From Azolla caroliniana (taxonomy: Eukaryota; Plantae; Polypodiophyta): a stretch of DNA of 64,000 nucleotides. The notes beneath the pieces were generated by a model. The model saw only the letters and a list, made by a program, of their open reading frames with translations, searched no databases and was not told where the DNA came from. Shown here in pieces: positions 11,891-27,100 of this stretch; within the stretch, counting starts at the first letter, position 1; each line of letters begins with the position of its first letter. Position numbers and translations under genes: made by a program. The stretch is from the NCBI GenBank assembly GCA_043228905.1, contig JBHGNT010000001.1, positions 9,548,001 through 9,612,000 on the forward strand, given 5' to 3'.

Positions 11891-13405
11891 AACTCCGATT
11901 TGGAAATGGTCTTCTTCATCGAGTTAGCCTCGTGTTTCATCACCAAGCCTGGCCCTTTACTGGCTTTTTCGGTTTTGGATCCTCCCAATCCTTCTACATA
12001 GTGTGAGTATTGTCGGATCTCTCTACCGGCCATGCCGGATCCGGATTTGTCCAAATCAATGCGCTTCTTCCAGCACTCGCTTTCTCTGTGGCCCTTTTTA
12101 CCAGAGTACCAGCATTCCGTGTCGGCCTTTGTTTGCCAGCCTCTGACGCCGCCTTGACTCCGCTTGCTTGTGGAGGGTCCGGAACTATTGTCAGCACGTT
12201 CTCTATGCCTTCGGTCCTGTTCTTGCCGACCCGCCTCGTCCACCACGCCCACCGGGCTGATCCGCCTCCGTGTACAACATCCGGCTGTCGGTGGGTGCAC
12301 TTGTTGACGCACCGGCGTGGTTCTCCTCTACAAGGAGCATCGACTGTAAGTCGAAAAATGACGGCGTATTCCTCCTTGTACATACCACCGTTCGGAACGC
12401 TTTGAACTTAGACGCTAGGCCCCCAAGACAAATCTGCACCATCTCATCTTCCTCTACAGTGACGTTCATAGAGGCAAGTGAGTCATAGATCTCTTTGATT
12501 CGGACTGTGTAATCGGCTACCGACATGTCCTTCTGTCGGACATTGCTCAACTCATGTCGGAGTTGCAACTTCCGATACGTAGTGCTCGCCGCGAAAACCT
12601 TCTTCAGGTTTCCTCAAGCTTCTTTTCGCGTCTTGGCATCTCGGACATGGCTCAGCAGTTGGTCTCTGACACTAGACGCAAAGCAATACATCACTCTGCT
12701 TGCCACTTGTTCCCACATTGGGAAGTCCTTGTGTCCCGCATCAGGTGTTGTGTCGTTAGCTCCGTCGACATAGCTCCAGTAACCATGGCCAAGCAGGTAC
12801 TGGTGCATCTTGTATGACCAAGATGCGTAGTTGGATCTGTCGAGCTTCTCCACCAGGAGCGAGCTAGTCTTTCCATTGTCCATCACTTCTCTTTCTGTTC
12901 TAACCGGGTCTTAGGGTTTGTCTTCAGATGCTGATGTCGGCTGCAAAGGTTCTCAACCCTCGCGCTCTGATAACATGAAAAATAGAAACTGCGGAAGCGT
13001 TAGACAATTGGCTTAGCCGGATAGCAACAGAGAGAGAGAGAGAGAGATGAACACACAAAAGGTACGCAGGAGAGACAGAGAAAGAGAAGAACAACTTAAA
13101 TCTATTATCAACAATTCTGTAAAAATTCTCTGTACATACAATGTGCTCAACAACACTATTTATACAAGTCCTAAGAGGACTGACAGAGGTACAATGTACT
13201 TCAATGCTCACACGAGTGTCTGACTCTAACTACGAGACATTAACTACCTAGTAGTCTAGGCTGCTACTAGGCTTCTGGTTACTGCTTGATCCGGCTAACT
13301 GACTCCCCAACTCACCCGCTCGCCGATCCGGCTCATCCTTCGGGATGCCGATCTGGCTCAGGCTTATTCAGACGATCTGGATCTAGTTGAGCTTGCCGCT
13401 CAACA
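11891..13405 (-). mobile_element. Ty1/copia family B, 5' fragment (LTR 12976-13405, PBS, gag)
   Basis: The LTR begins tgttgagcggcaagctcaact, as at 49367. Degenerate Met PBS at 12964-12975. Gag EKLDRSNYASWSYKMHQYL and decayed knuckle CWYSGKKGHRESEC. Confidence 0.88.
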
Positions 13406-14770
13406 CAAATGCACGTGCAAATACAAATCCTACCCCATTGTTTAGGATATGTTTCGTATCATAAACTTGTTCATATTGTGACTTTAGTTCAGTGATATAA
13501 TCCTTCTTCAATCGAGTGAGGTGGAAACCTCTCCGTGTCTCGGGTTGTGATGAGCCCCAGGTTTTCATCATCCACATGTCTAGGTCTTCATAAATGTCAG
13601 GTCGTGCACAAAGGAAATAACCCCAATGTTTGTGTGAACCTTTTGGCCCTGAGTTGCTAAAAACTTAGACCTCCCTCTGGTGGGGGTCATCTTACTTTCT
13701 TTGATGGGGGTCCTTTTTCTTTCCTTGCATGGTGTGATGACATTTTCGGTCACCATTTTCTTCTTTGTGGGCTTCCTTGTCATGTGAATCCTATCTCTCT
13801 TCTTCGCCTCACATGCACAACAATAGTAAATAATAGTAAATCATGCACAACAATAGTAAACAATATTAAATAATATACAATTCAAGGAGATATCGGATAT
13901 GAAACATAATGTTAACTCCCGATACTTAACATATACACATGTTGACCGACTCTCAAATTCAAGCATATGCATGTACAAAGCTCTCAAATGGTCAAGGGAG
14001 AACAACAACAACAAAAACCTAAACGATAATAACAGATAGAATCAAACATACAGATAAACATGTCCCAAACATCGTTAAGGTTGCAGATGTAAAAAAACAG
14101 ATAGAAAATGACAAAAATAGATAGAATCAAACATACAGATAAACATGTCCCAAACATCGTTATGGTTGCAGATGTAAAGAAACAAATAGAAAATGACAAA
14201 AACAGATAGAATTAAACATACAAAAATATAGTAAAACAAGTACCAAATGTCGTTGTTGAAGTCTTTGAAGAGGGGACACATTTGAAACACACCGGGTAGA
14301 GGGAGCACTTGGAGGTAGAGGTAACACGACCAGCAGAGCAGAGACCGATGTGAAGAGGATAAGGTGTGCATACCACACACTTCAGAAAACGCTTGAGAGA
14401 GAGAACGTGACTAGTAGAGGAAAGCTTGATGTAACGAGGACACAGTACAACGGTTGAGAGAGAGAATACCTCAGAGAGAGGACACGACGAGGACACAGTT
14501 GAAGATCTGATGTCCATGCAGTGAGGACACGGTACAACACCTGAGTGTATTGTTGTTGCAAAGAGGACACGACAAGCAGGGAGTGGGTTTATGGTTTGCA
14601 GGGTGAGTAGAGAACGTGGAGAAACCTATGCACAAGTTGGAAGAGAGAGAGAGAGAGGGAGGGAGGGAGGGAAGGAGGGAGCGGGTACAAATGTAGTGAA
14701 TAAATGAGTAGAAGGGGGAAGGAAAGAGTGCGAGAGAGAGGAGGTACGAACCTAAGGAATTACCAAGTGT

Positions 14771-14819
<49 letters not shown>

Positions 14820-15157
14820 AACTAACTAACTAACTGACAGTTCGAGATAAACCTATTATTTTCCATGAGAGACAGAGTGAGAGAAAGATAGGCTGATTAT
14901 CTTCATGATTGACTAACGACTCAAGATCTTATATAGTTAAGACCTCCTTACAACATTACCTTGAATTTTAACACAATTGATGTTTATTCATATTTGAAAT
15001 CTATTTTCATTGAATGTGACTTTTAATTTCAAAACAAGTGGTCAACTTTTTAAACCCAAATATTGGATTTACTTTTACATTTTAAAGTTTTTCCTCCACA
15101 TGGAATTAGTTCTACAGTTTTGGCCAAAAGTTGGTACACTGTAGTGTGCTTTCACCC
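13406..15157 (-). mobile_element. 5' part of a GGG-ended element homologous to 60236 onward; decayed copy of the RING-gene N-terminus
   Basis: Minus-strand end GGGTGAAAGCACACTACAGTGTACCAACTTTTGGCCAAAA matches 60236. Peptides ETRRGFHLTRLKKDY and VYDT..NNGVGFVFARAF match ORF 61895-62965. Confidence 0.75.
14033..14222. repeat. ~85-bp tandem repeat (2+ units)
   Basis: agatagaatcaaacatacagataaacatgtcccaaacatcgtta.ggttgcagatgtaaa occurs twice, followed by a partial third unit. Confidence 0.75.
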
Positions 15158-18100
15158 AGTATCGACTCCTAGCTTTTATCAAGGTTGAGCATGATATGTG
15201 TGATCCAAGCATACACAATACAAAGATTCATATTTTTAATGTATGTGGCCATATTAATGTTGAGATCTACTATCTCCAACTTAAAAAATGTGACTAGTAT
15301 ATGTTATTTACCTTGATCTGACACTAGAACTATGAATAACTTTAATTAAATCACAAAACCATGACCTTAAACAAAAAAGAAGCAAGGAAAATCATTTTTA
15401 TGGCATGGCCTCTTGAAATGAATCTTTATATTGTGTGTATGTGTGTGTTTCGATCACATACATTCTTGACAATTAGAAGTCAATACTATCAAGATAGTGG
15501 TAGGCTCAAAAACATGTCTATACACAAAGCCATACACACGCCACCAAGTCCCATTATCTCAAATAGCCTTAGTTATTATGATGTGGAGCCATATGTGGTC
15601 CTTATGCAATCAATATGATGCACCAACATGAATGTAATACGAAGCCCTAGATAGACATACTAGCATTTGGGGCTATAATTGTTGTTTTTGCGAGTATTAT
15701 TCAATGTGTCCATTGCTAACACAAATAGAAAAGATTATTAGGGGTGTTTAATAATCTAAAACCATTAAGATGTTGAAGTGGCATAAGAACATTTAAGTAT
15801 TAAGATAGATGTTAATAACATTATTGTAAACAATGGAATGAGCTTTTAATTAAAAAGTAGATTTTGCTTTTATAACATACATGCTAACTAGCTTTTGTTG
15901 GGTGTAGAGTTTGAAGTTTTCATTATTAAATTGAAGCTTCTACGATAAGTGGTGTCTGAAGCAGTTGGGCCTACAAGGCTACATGTAGTTGGTGCATGCA
16001 TTTCATATAGATTGATGTTAAAGAATAACTTTAGTTACTTTCTAGCATCACTAACCATTGGTGTACAAATAGATTCCTATAGTTCCTTTGATTTTTTGCA
16101 TCTCATTCTAAATTTATAATATCTCTAATTAAATCATGCATCATATAGTTTCTAGCAACATGAACATTGAACCATCATGTGATGATGTCAGCACGTGATA
16201 GTGTCGAATTACTGAAGAAATTGCTGCATTGAAAATAACGGTGAGAAAATTAAAATAATATTTGTGCATATGTATGTATATGTATAAATAATTTGAAGCT
16301 ACTTTAATGGTAATTGTAATAATGAGTAAACACTTAACAAGATAACCTTTCTTAAAGATGGTTACACCACACAATGTATTATTATTCTTTATACCTCTCC
16401 ATGAGAATATATATACCCATAATCTCTATTACAGTGAAGAACGTCCAAACGCCTCAATTGTGTGTACAACGGAAAGGATTGTGCATTGAATAACAAACTA
16501 TTGTTGATGAGGAACAACAAGGGGAATGGTTGTGCAACCTCGGGCAAATCTTGAAGACCAAATTAATGGAATGTTGAAATGAGGGGAGCCAACTCCTCAC
16601 AAGGGAATTCTCATAGCTCTTGGAATTCTTGAGATGCTCAAGAGATGAGGACCACTCCGTGTGACGATGGAAAATTCAAAATTAGGGATGAACACCATCT
16701 AGACCATGACGGACGAATCGTCTAACGTGTGATGCACATTGAACCAACAGTCTTTTCAACGGTTGCAGGGTGGAGATGGTGGTCCTACTTGAAAATTTGC
16801 ACATCAATACCCTGTTAAAAACCACACAAAGTTGAAGTAAGGATGTGCTCATTCTTTCCACCATATGTAAAATTATAGAAGAGAAAGACTAAATCGAGTG
16901 GATATTTGAATTATAGATCTGATACAACCAAGAACATCTGAATTTAAGTTATGGTGGTTATATGCATAGAAATGTTGCACCCTCTCAATTAGACCAATGA
17001 ACTAGTGATTTGATTGGTCTTTTGAATTGGATCTATTTATATGATAAGCCATAATTAGAGGTGTGTTTTAGATAGTACATAACCCTCCAAGTGATTTCCA
17101 ATGCATAAGATCAGGGCTATAAATAAAGCGTGAGAGATGGTTAATTGCAAAACAAAGATCAAGATTCTGAGTTATTTTAAATCAATATCAATGCTTCCTT
17201 ATTAATCATATAAAAGGAAATTGCTTCATAAAATCTATATTTTTTGTCATTATTAGGCCATTTATTCACACAATTTACACATAGTAAGTAATACAAGGTT
17301 TAATAATTAACATTCCAACTAATTTCAAAATTTCATTAATGATTTTCTTTTAGCGAATAGTCAAAGTTGGTAGACTATGATTACGAGTAATTTGCATCAC
17401 TAGGAAATAAGGTAGAGGGCCTAAGTTTGTAATTGATAATGTTTTAGGAAGCTCTATCTTTGATTATGTGATTTGAGATGGTGTTCTAACTACACGAATT
17501 TGTCGTTCACATATAATGTTAACACTAATGGGCAATTGAATGTATGATTATGTCCAATGTATATATTTGGTTCAAGTAACAATCTAGAGTAATCTTGTGA
17601 GAGCATAAAATTCAACTTGAAGGAAATTGTTTAAGTCTAGACGCATTGATGGAGCCAGCAAATATAGTTTGGTTGAGAACTTGCTTCAAATCCAGGAGGG
17701 TGTGACATGTAGATTTCTTTTGGTAGAAATGTTGTTTGTACATCCAAATGATGTACCTCAAGGTCAAGAATGGTGTCTAGAACAATAGGAGTCAGAATGA
17801 TGCTATAGGGAGAACAGGTGAAACTGTCTCATAATAGTCAAGCCCTTCGACTTGAGAAAAACCATAAGCCATTAGCCGAGCTTGATAGCATACTATTGTA
17901 CCATTAGGGTTACATAATTTTTTATTTGCATGAGATAGGCAAGTGGCCTATAAGGAGTAGTACTAGAATCCATTTTTGTTGACAAAGAGAGAGTTTCAAG
18001 TTCTTTTTCCTTAATGGTTTTCCTTTCCACATTGTATTGCCTCGTTGATAGGTACTGAATCATCAAGAATGGTCGATATAAGTGAGGGGGAGCTAATTGC

Positions 18101-19557
18101 AAAGAAAGCGAGCTAAAGATCATCTAATTTCTTAGTGCTAAAATGTGAAAATTATTGGTATGTTTCATGCATTCTCCATTAGAGGGGAGAAGAGGCATTT
18201 GTACACCCTAGTAATTTGATTATTTTGGTATCCTTTGTTATTGATGTCATTGTCTATTCCATAAACTCGTGACGATCTTGTTAATGGGATAAAGGAGCTT
18301 TTGCGAGAATGGAAACATGAATAATCAAGGTGAGTTAGGTGTATTGTGCCCAACGGTTTGCCATTTTGAATGTTTTTTATTCCAACAATGGTGTATATTA
18401 TGTCTAAAGTGATTTAAATGATACAATGATGGACACTTCCAAATATTCATCATGGATTTTTACTTTTTCTCAACGGCTCTTAGGTTGCCACAGACATTCA
18501 TTACTGCACCACATTTTGCATACATATCTACCAAAGCATGGCTAAGTACAATACAACATGTTTTTCAAGTGCAATCCAGGCTTATTGATGATCTCCTCAC
18601 GAACTTCCTTTCCCTTGTCATAATGAATATTTAGATCATGACTAGATATCTTTCTAGTTTGGGTAAGATTACTATTATTTGTAATTGGAGCATATGGCTC
18701 TCCTTGTAATGATTGTTTTTTTATTAGAGATGAGTCATTAGTTAAAGGGGAAATATGTGGTTGAGCGTCTAGTGATGTGAATATTCACAGAAGATGTTCG
18801 ATGAGCATTTTGTCAATTATGACTTCGAGTTTTTAGGAAGCTAGCGGAGCCTATTTAAAAGTACTAGTTGATGATATTGTTTGTTGGATTTGATGTTTGA
18901 GGGGTTTGGTATGGTAGTTGTAGCTTGTGTCTTTTCATGTATGAGATATTAGGCTATCTTCATTGCACATCGGTGATTGACTAAATAAAAATCGTTTGAC
19001 ATTTGGGTCAATGTAAAATTGATAACCCTTGTAGCCATGAGGTTTTCCATACCCAACAAATATGGTGCAATTCTTGTGATTATGTAATTTACACAAAGGG
19101 AAGAACGTGTAAGGGTCGACCCGGCCGGCGCGCGGCACACAAACGAATTTATAGACATATTTTGTTGAATCTATTTTTCGTGCTTAGCATTGTCTTTATG
19201 GGGACATGAGAGGTCCTTCGCAAATACCAGTTGACTTAACACATTAGTACAACCCATGCGGTACCAGTGTTGTACTACTACCTAGTGGGTAGCTGTTCTC
19301 TAGAGTCAACCCAACCATATCATGCAAGTATATATATATATAACACTCCACTTTGTCCTTAACAGGATCTGTGTGGTTTAAGGCTTGTCTGGTCGAGCAT
19401 CATTACCCTCCTCATTCTTCTCCCTAATGATCAACAACATTGCCGTACATAGAAGCGATTGAGTTTCGCACATCTTTCGGCAGTTAACTTCTCGATTAAT
19501 CCGCGATGAGTATGTTGGAGAAGTAGCAGTAGTTGTTGTTGTTTGTGCCTCCTATGG

Positions 19558-20448
19558 ATGAATTTTGGCCTCCTTGCCTTGTGGCTACCGAGTTTGATAT
19601 TCCGAGGCATTAACGCAAGGATTGATGCAGGTAGGGAGGCTGCGGCGGTCGTCCATGGCCTAGATGAGGATGATGAGAGATTGATGGGGGCAATTCGGCG
19701 GGCGAAGGTGGCAAAAGCGGTCACGGAAGCGGTAATCGTGGCCGCGTGCGTGTTTTGGGTATTATGGTGGTTCGTCGCGCCCGATCCAGAAGGAGACAAG
19801 AAATACGTGGAGTCGTGGATCGGCAACAAATCCCACTCTCGCTTCTTTCGGACCGACGGTCGCGAAGGTAACTAAGCCCCTCATTATCAATCTCACCCAG
19901 ATGAATCGTTACAGTACACCTCCTACCAGTAATATAATATAATTAGTGATCACATAATGCATATATATGTGTATGCATATATATGGTTTGTCAAGTGATC
20001 AGCTCCCTCCTACTTAAAACTGATATATATATCTATGGCATCCATCCATTAGGTTCGACATTCATATACCAAACCATGCCTTTCTTCGTCGTCACCATTC
20101 TGAGCTTCGTCGTGATCCGGCTCCGCGCATTCATCAAAGCAAAGACTGCACAGCTCCGTGTTGTGGTGCCCGCGGGTGCAAACGGCTGGAAAAACCAATG
20201 GCAGATGAGTACGTACCCGGTGTGGGTGGACAAGAGCCCCTTCGGCATCCTCACGGCCTCGGAGCTTCTCGGAATTCTGGCCATAACTTTGTTGATGATC
20301 TACCACTTCAGCAGAATCGTCAACATTGCTTTCACCCGCATCGACAACAACACCCAGCACCACCACGGCTCCGGCCCGCCCCCCGCCAAGTACGTCCTAC
20401 TACGATCATGACATAACCATATCTCTCTCTCTCTCTCTCTCTCCAACA

Positions 20449-20485
<37 letters not shown>

Positions 20486-23400
20486 TCATGCTTTGAACAC
20501 CATCGCCAAGCTCACATTGTTTGTTAAATTCCCAATCACATATACGAGGAGGCTTTCGTGAGCTCGACAAGATGTGACAAGAGTGTACATAATAAGCACT
20601 CATGTTTTCCATTGATATTGCAGGCCATGGCAGAAATTGAATAACGTATCCTTCTACTTCGGACGCGTGGCCGTCGTGCCATTCTCGTTGCTCTGGATCC
20701 CCGTGTCGCGTGGCTCGCCGTTTCTTCGGCTCGTAGGCATCCCATTCGAGCGCGCCGTGCGCTACCACATCTGGCTCGCCGTCTCCATGCTTGTTCTCGT
20801 CAGCCTCCATAGCCTCGGCTACATCATTCTCTATGCCAACACCAACCGTACGCACTTGGTAGGTTCAAATCATGCAGTATTTCGCGCTCACTGTCTCGCC
20901 CAATATTACCATAATGTTACAAGGCTTAACGCCGATGATGTCCCAAGGGCCAACCTATGCTAGGGCTCATGTGGTTTCTCCATCATGATGCATTCATTGT
21001 ACTTGAGTGTGTTTGATCATATCTTGATAGGGACATAATTTGTTTTTCGCTTCTTGTTGTTAGATCTTTGGGTGGGTCACGAAGCAAGAAAACTGTGCGG
21101 TAGTGGCCGGGCTGGTGGCATGGGTGTTCGGTCTAGTCATGTGGGCCACTTCCCTCTCCTTCGTGCGTCGCCGCTTCTACGACATATTCTTCTCGGTCCA
21201 CCACCTGTATCTCCTCTTCTCCCTCTTTTGGCTGTATCACGCGGTCTGGAATTATCATTTCTTCATCGTCCCTCTCATGCTCTTCTTCATCGATCGCTTC
21301 CTTCGCATGATCCAATCGTCCAGTGTTGTCCGCGTATCCTCGGCCAAGCTCCTCCAGAATGGCACAGTCGAGCTCTTGCTGCCTCTTAACACCAATGCCA
21401 CCAAAGGTAACATAAATGGATTCTCTTTCATGTATGTGTGCTTGTTCGGATCCACATATTAATTAATATTCCAGAATCTCTCTGACTAAATTCAGTCAGT
21501 GAGCTCTTCTAACCTTTACTAATAACAGGCAATAATGTGATCATTACTTATGTCAGGGACCCCACTCTATAATGCACTCTCCACATGGTGCATCCAGATT
21601 CCTGGTATCTCCAAACTACAGTGGCACTTCTTCAGTGGCGCATCGTCCCCTCTCGATAACACGCAGGAGCTCTCCATCGTAATCAAGCCTCTCGGCGAAT
21701 GGACGAATAGTTTGCGCGATCAATTCTCAAGTGCCAAGAAAACTGGGGGTTCCTGCCCTTTCTCGTTTAAGGCTAGAGTCGAAGGTCCTTACGGCGATGA
21801 GTCCGATTTCTACCTAAAGTATGGGGATCTCTCTAATTATTTGTCGTAATTCCTGTTCTCGATTCCGTTCCCAAAGCTCATGTCTGTCGTTCCTCATTGA
21901 TATAACTAGCCTTCACATTAATGAGTTGCTTCCATTACTTAATGTAATGTATATGATTAATATTTCGCAGGTATAAAACCCTAGTCATCGTGGCCGGGGG
22001 CATAGGCCTCACCCCTGCCCTCGCTATAATCCGCGATATCTTGTATCGATACAAAGACGTTAGATCCTCACCGGCATCGACTACTCTTCCGACCTCCATC
22101 ACACTCTACCACTGCATAAGAAAGCCAGAGGAGTTATGTGTGCTAAATACCCTATATCCTAACCAAATTCTCCCTGGCTATGAGACATTAGGACTGCGCA
22201 TCCGAGTACATGTATACATAACCTCGAAGAACATACAAGATTATGAGGGAGTGCCACTACCCGGTGGCAACACGGCTCATAATTCATATAGAATAGGCCA
22301 ATCCTTGGACCTATCCAAGTTTAACCGTGAACACCCTACATCACAACCATTGATATTTGATTCCTCTTATCCGGCGGCACAACACCCACAATCCGATGGA
22401 AGAATCTCGAGCATTGGCAGCACAGGGAGCACCTCATGGGTAGCATTAACCACCATTGCATCCTTTGCAGGATACTTTGTGCTTTCAGGCTTGGCAAACA
22501 CTTTTATTGTGAGGTCCTATGCCCATCACACCTTCACCAATTACAATCGCGCGCATGTCGTGGTGGCGTGCATGATCTTGGGGATTCTCATTTGTGGCGG
22601 CCTCGTGGTTCTGCTATGGTTCCATATGTTGCGACGACAATCGAGTATAAGCTCGGCATCGGTGCAGCCGAGGAAACAGAGTCCGACTTCTTCTCCATCC
22701 GGAAGTAACGAAGATTTGGGAGCAACTTACAACGGAATCGAAGATGGCGCATCTCAGTGGGATGGGGATGTCCACATTTTGTCACGGCCAAACTGGAAAG
22801 GTAGGTTGGCATCATAGGGTCCACATCTAACCCTAAACCCTAAACCCTAAACTTTTTATTACGGCAAAAAAGTTTTAAAGGTTAAAAACGTTAAAGAAAA
22901 AACATAAGCATTCGTTACGCCAAGAAAGTTAAGTATGTTTTCATAACATAAGCATTTGTGAATATATGTGGTATCTTCTTTAACCTGGGAAGAGTAGTAG
23001 TAGTACATATACAAGTTTGTGAATATATGAGTACAGGTAGATTACCCCAATTCTGAAATTTTAATCCCTTCTATTCAAGCTGCAGTCACTATATACGAAT
23101 ATATAGTACTATTTGTGCAGAATTTTCTAGCTCAATGATCTCATCCTCTGGCTGAATAAAGTACTAGTTAATTCAAATATCATGCCATAGCTATTTCAAA
23201 CCATCTACTCAGGAATGTGCTATGTATGCTATACTGTAGTGGACTTGCGATTATATATGGCACTGAATTGATGCATGAATGAATTACCCCTGAGAATGAA
23301 GCATGTCAAGCAATGAATGTGTAGTTCTTCTAAATTTGATGGTCCAAAATATTGGCAGATGTCTTCGAGGGCTTGGTGGAGCAACACCGTGGGGAATGTG

Positions 23401-23567
23401 TGGGAGTTCTGGTGTCGGCATCGGAGAGCATGCAAGAGGACATTGCCAGAGAATGCAAGAGATGCTCGCCTTTCCGCCCCTTCTATGCCGCCCCTGACAC
23501 ATCCAAATCTTCGGAAGGCCACAGGGGGGCCCTCCTGCACTTCCACTCTGTGAGCTTCAGCCTGTAG
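19558..23567 (+). CDS. FRO: Ferric reduction oxidase (plant FRO family flavocytochrome b); 7 exons: 19558 (or 19684)-19867, 20053-20389, 20624-20858, 21064-21406, 21557-21818, 21971-22800, 23359-23567
   Basis: All introns are GT-AG with matching phases, giving an open frame of ~800-842 codons. Motifs: PVSRGS..L..GIPFERAVRYHIWL, heme His pairs (YHIWL...LHSLG; VHHLY...LYHA), QWHFFS, VEGPYG, AGGIGLTP, RPNW and terminal HFHSVSFSL. The start codon is uncertain. Confidence 0.93.
22828..22852. repeat. Short interstitial plant telomere-type repeat (CCCTAAA)x3 in FRO intron 6
   Basis: ctaaccctaaaccctaaaccctaaa, about 27 bp after the exon 6 donor. Confidence 0.7.
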
Positions 23568-24169
23568 TCAGATTTAGTCCTTTCCATCATCACCATTATT
23601 ATGAATACTGTCTGTGTTTCTTGCACTATATACTGTTGAGCCGGCATTTCGTTGGCTGTTATGAATGAAGAATAATGGTGGATTGAGTAGTAGTAGTACA
23701 TAATACATACATGTATGTATGTATGTATGTATATGGTCAGGATCAATAAGTTGCACTGTCCATATTGCACATATACCCACCCGTCGTGATTTCAATAATA
23801 ATAGCCTTGATTTACCCCTTCCCAGAGATCATTAAGAATATCGGAACAATGGTTTTTCCACTGTATTTTATACATACCATCATTACTAATTAAGAAAATT
23901 CACGTGCTGTGTACAGTTTAAGCCTGTGTCGTGAGCCATTAATTTGTGTCAGTTTCTTTTTTTCTTTTTCTTTTTGTTTGTTTGTGCTGGAACCATGTAA
24001 AGACTACAGAAATGGGCTGCAGTGCTATGCAGCAAAATTATAAAAGAAACAACATTTGCGAAATAAGATTTGTCCAAATAACGCACAGAGTATACAATTA
24101 CAACGACAGAGCGTTCGAATCCGATATTAGCGATCCAGCAACCAAATCTGTATGCAAGCTCAAATATAC

Positions 24170-27100
24170 TCCCAATCCGAGTCTGATCAACCAATTAGTT
24201 GGCTAGAGGGATTTTTCCATCCTTGCACAAGTGTGGTTGACTCAGATTCTGTGGCGGAGTAAGTCAACGCATAATGTTGAGTACGCTTCACGTATCGTAG
24301 TAATCTTTTGAGCGCGATCCAATGCTTTGGTCCTGGATTAACCATGAAACGAGAAAGAAAACCGGCGGCAAAGCAAAAGAGGTGTGCAACTTACTAGATA
24401 TCTTATACACCCAAGGATTTGTTTATAGGGTACATCCTTCATTTTGGAAATTTCTCGTTCATTTTTGGGAGAATCATCATTTGAAAGTTTACATGGAGAG
24501 GTAAGAGGTGTACTAATAGGCTTACTATGGAGCATATCAAATCTTTGGAGGATAGAATTAATATAATTTGATTGTGATAATGAGATAGTATGATTTGTTC
24601 TATTTTGCGTTATTTTGATGCCTAGAAAATGGGTCATAGGGCCTAAATTAGTGATAGGAAAGACATGCAAGTTCCTTCTTTGCAATAGTTAGATAAGATT
24701 TAGAGTTAGAGATCAAGGGCAAATCATCGACATAGACACCTATGATAACAAAATTGGAGTTGGCTTTTCCAACATAGATATTTGGCTCATTGTTTAGACG
24801 ATGATATCCAACTTTTATAAGATAAGAGTGTAGTTTGTGATACCATATGCGTGGAGATTGCTTAAGGCCGTACATAGATTTACGAAGCCGATAAACATGT
24901 GTCGGATGACTTGGATCTTCATAAAATTGTGGTTATTGTAGATAAAGTTCTTCATCTAAATCTCCATGAAGAAAAGCCGTTTGTACATCCAAGTGATGGA
25001 ATTCTAGATCATGCTGCGCGGCAAGAGCAACGAGCATTCGAAAACCACATATTTTTAGCGTTGGACTAAATGTATCTTGAAAATCCTCAAGCAACTACAC
25101 GAGCCTTGAAGCAAATTGGATTGCCATTACTATCTCGCTTTATGCGTAAGACCAATTTAGAACTAATTATTTGTCGATCTTTTGGAGGCTCAACGAGGGT
25201 CCACGCACCATTTTTAAGTAAAGCCTTCATTTCTTCTTCCATAGCCTTTCTCCATTTGATAGAATCCGATCCGGAAAGTGTATCTTTGGCCGATAGATTT
25301 GTGTCATCACTAAGGGTTGGAATATATTCTTCTTGTATATAAGCTTCATGGTCCAAGTCCACGAAATGTGCTTCAATCTGATCAAGTTGTTCATAAATAC
25401 TACTTAGAGATCTATACTTTGGAGTTGGAGAAGTTGGTGATGACTCTTGGAATGAAGGATTACGAGAGGGAGTGGAGAAGATAACATTATTTGTATTATT
25501 TGAGGGAGTCAAACAATGTGTATTTAAAGCAGTATGAGGAAGAGAATCATCTAGAGATTGGAATGAGGGAAGATGAGAAGAAGAATTAGTTGGTTGAGTA
25601 GGATTGATCTTTGCCTTGTGAATAGATGGAAGAGCAACACAAATAGTGGAAGTAGAGGATGAGCTAATGTTGGCTCCTTCAATATGAGAGCTATTAATAT
25701 TAGAAATGGTTGAGGAAGATAGTTGTAAGTGGGTAGGGGTAGGTAATAAGGGAGGTAGATTAGAAGAGAGTGAAGAAGAAACCTTTGTAGAAAGCCCATT
25801 TTCTTGGAATATCACATTACGACTAAAGAATATTCTTCGTTTTTGTGGATCGTAGAGCTTGTACGCCTTGTATCTGGAAGCTTCTCCATATCCGATGAAA
25901 ATTGATTTTGTAGCCCTTGGATCTAGCTTATTTCTTTGAACATTTGGCACAAAAGCATAAGCATCACAACCAAAAATACGAAGGTTACTTAAGTTAGGTT
26001 TGTGACCATGCCATAGTTCATAAGGGGTTTGGAGCCCCAAAGATGTATGAAATCCTCGATTTTGAATATAGCAAGCAGTGCCAACTGCTTCCTCCCAAAA
26101 TTGAGGCGATAAGTGAGCAAATTGTAACATACTTCAAGCCATATTGAGGAGTGATCTATTCTTTCTTTCAGATACACCATTTTGTTGTGGTGTGTGTGGT
26201 GTTGATATTCTATCATGTATACCTTCAATTTGATATAAACTTTAAAATTCATGAGGCATATACTCACCACCACCATTGATTTGAAGACTTTTAATCTTTG
26301 ATGATGTTTGCACTTTGACTCGAGCCTTGTATTCTTTGAATGCTTGATAAGCTTGACTTTTGTACTTGAGAAAATGCAAGATTGTAAATTGACTAAAGTC
26401 ATCTATAAAGCTAATGAAATATTTGGCTCCACTAGGAGAAGGGGTTGGAAAAGGTCCACATAGATCACTATGTACTAATGCAAGAGGGGTAGTGGCTCTA
26501 GGTCTATGCTTTGGGAATGGTTGTTGGGGCATTTTCCCAAGGATACAACTTTCACACAAAGAGATGGGCTTGAAAGGTTCTTTTGGCAATCCATGGACTA
26601 GATTATTACATTGTATTGTTTTTAGAGCATTGAAATGCATATGACCTAGACGAAAGTGACAAACAGAAGAAGGAGAATGAAGATTGGTTAAAGATATGGA
26701 GGATTTGATTGGGGTAGTATGATGTGCTTCTAAAATAAGAGATGTAGGAATACATTTTATGGGATATAAGCCTCCTTCTTGTTTACAACATGTTCTAATA
26801 AGTTCTCCATTTGAGGCATTATGTTTAATAATAGCATGTTTAGGATGAAATTCAATGATAGTACCCTTTTCCGTTGCTTGACTAACCGATAGCAAATGTT
26901 TGGTGATGCCTGGGACATAGAGAACTTCATTGATTGTGAAATGTCTTCCTCCTATGACTTCAGAAGTAATATCACCTTTGCCAATAGCTTGTTTAGTCCC
27001 ATTATTTCCAAATCTTACAATGATGGGAGGTTCAACATCCTTATAGTTACATAACCGATCTTTTCTATTAGTTAAGTGGTTTGTAGCACCAGTGTCGAGA

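Noticed and set aside
15158-18674. Genes or classifiable elements in this interval
   Set aside because: Only short ORFs. Hints of very old retroelement debris at ~17350-18650 are too weak to assign.
20420-20484. (CT)n(CA)n tract and other (GA)n microsatellites
   Set aside because: Common intronic or LTR microsatellites with no further structure.
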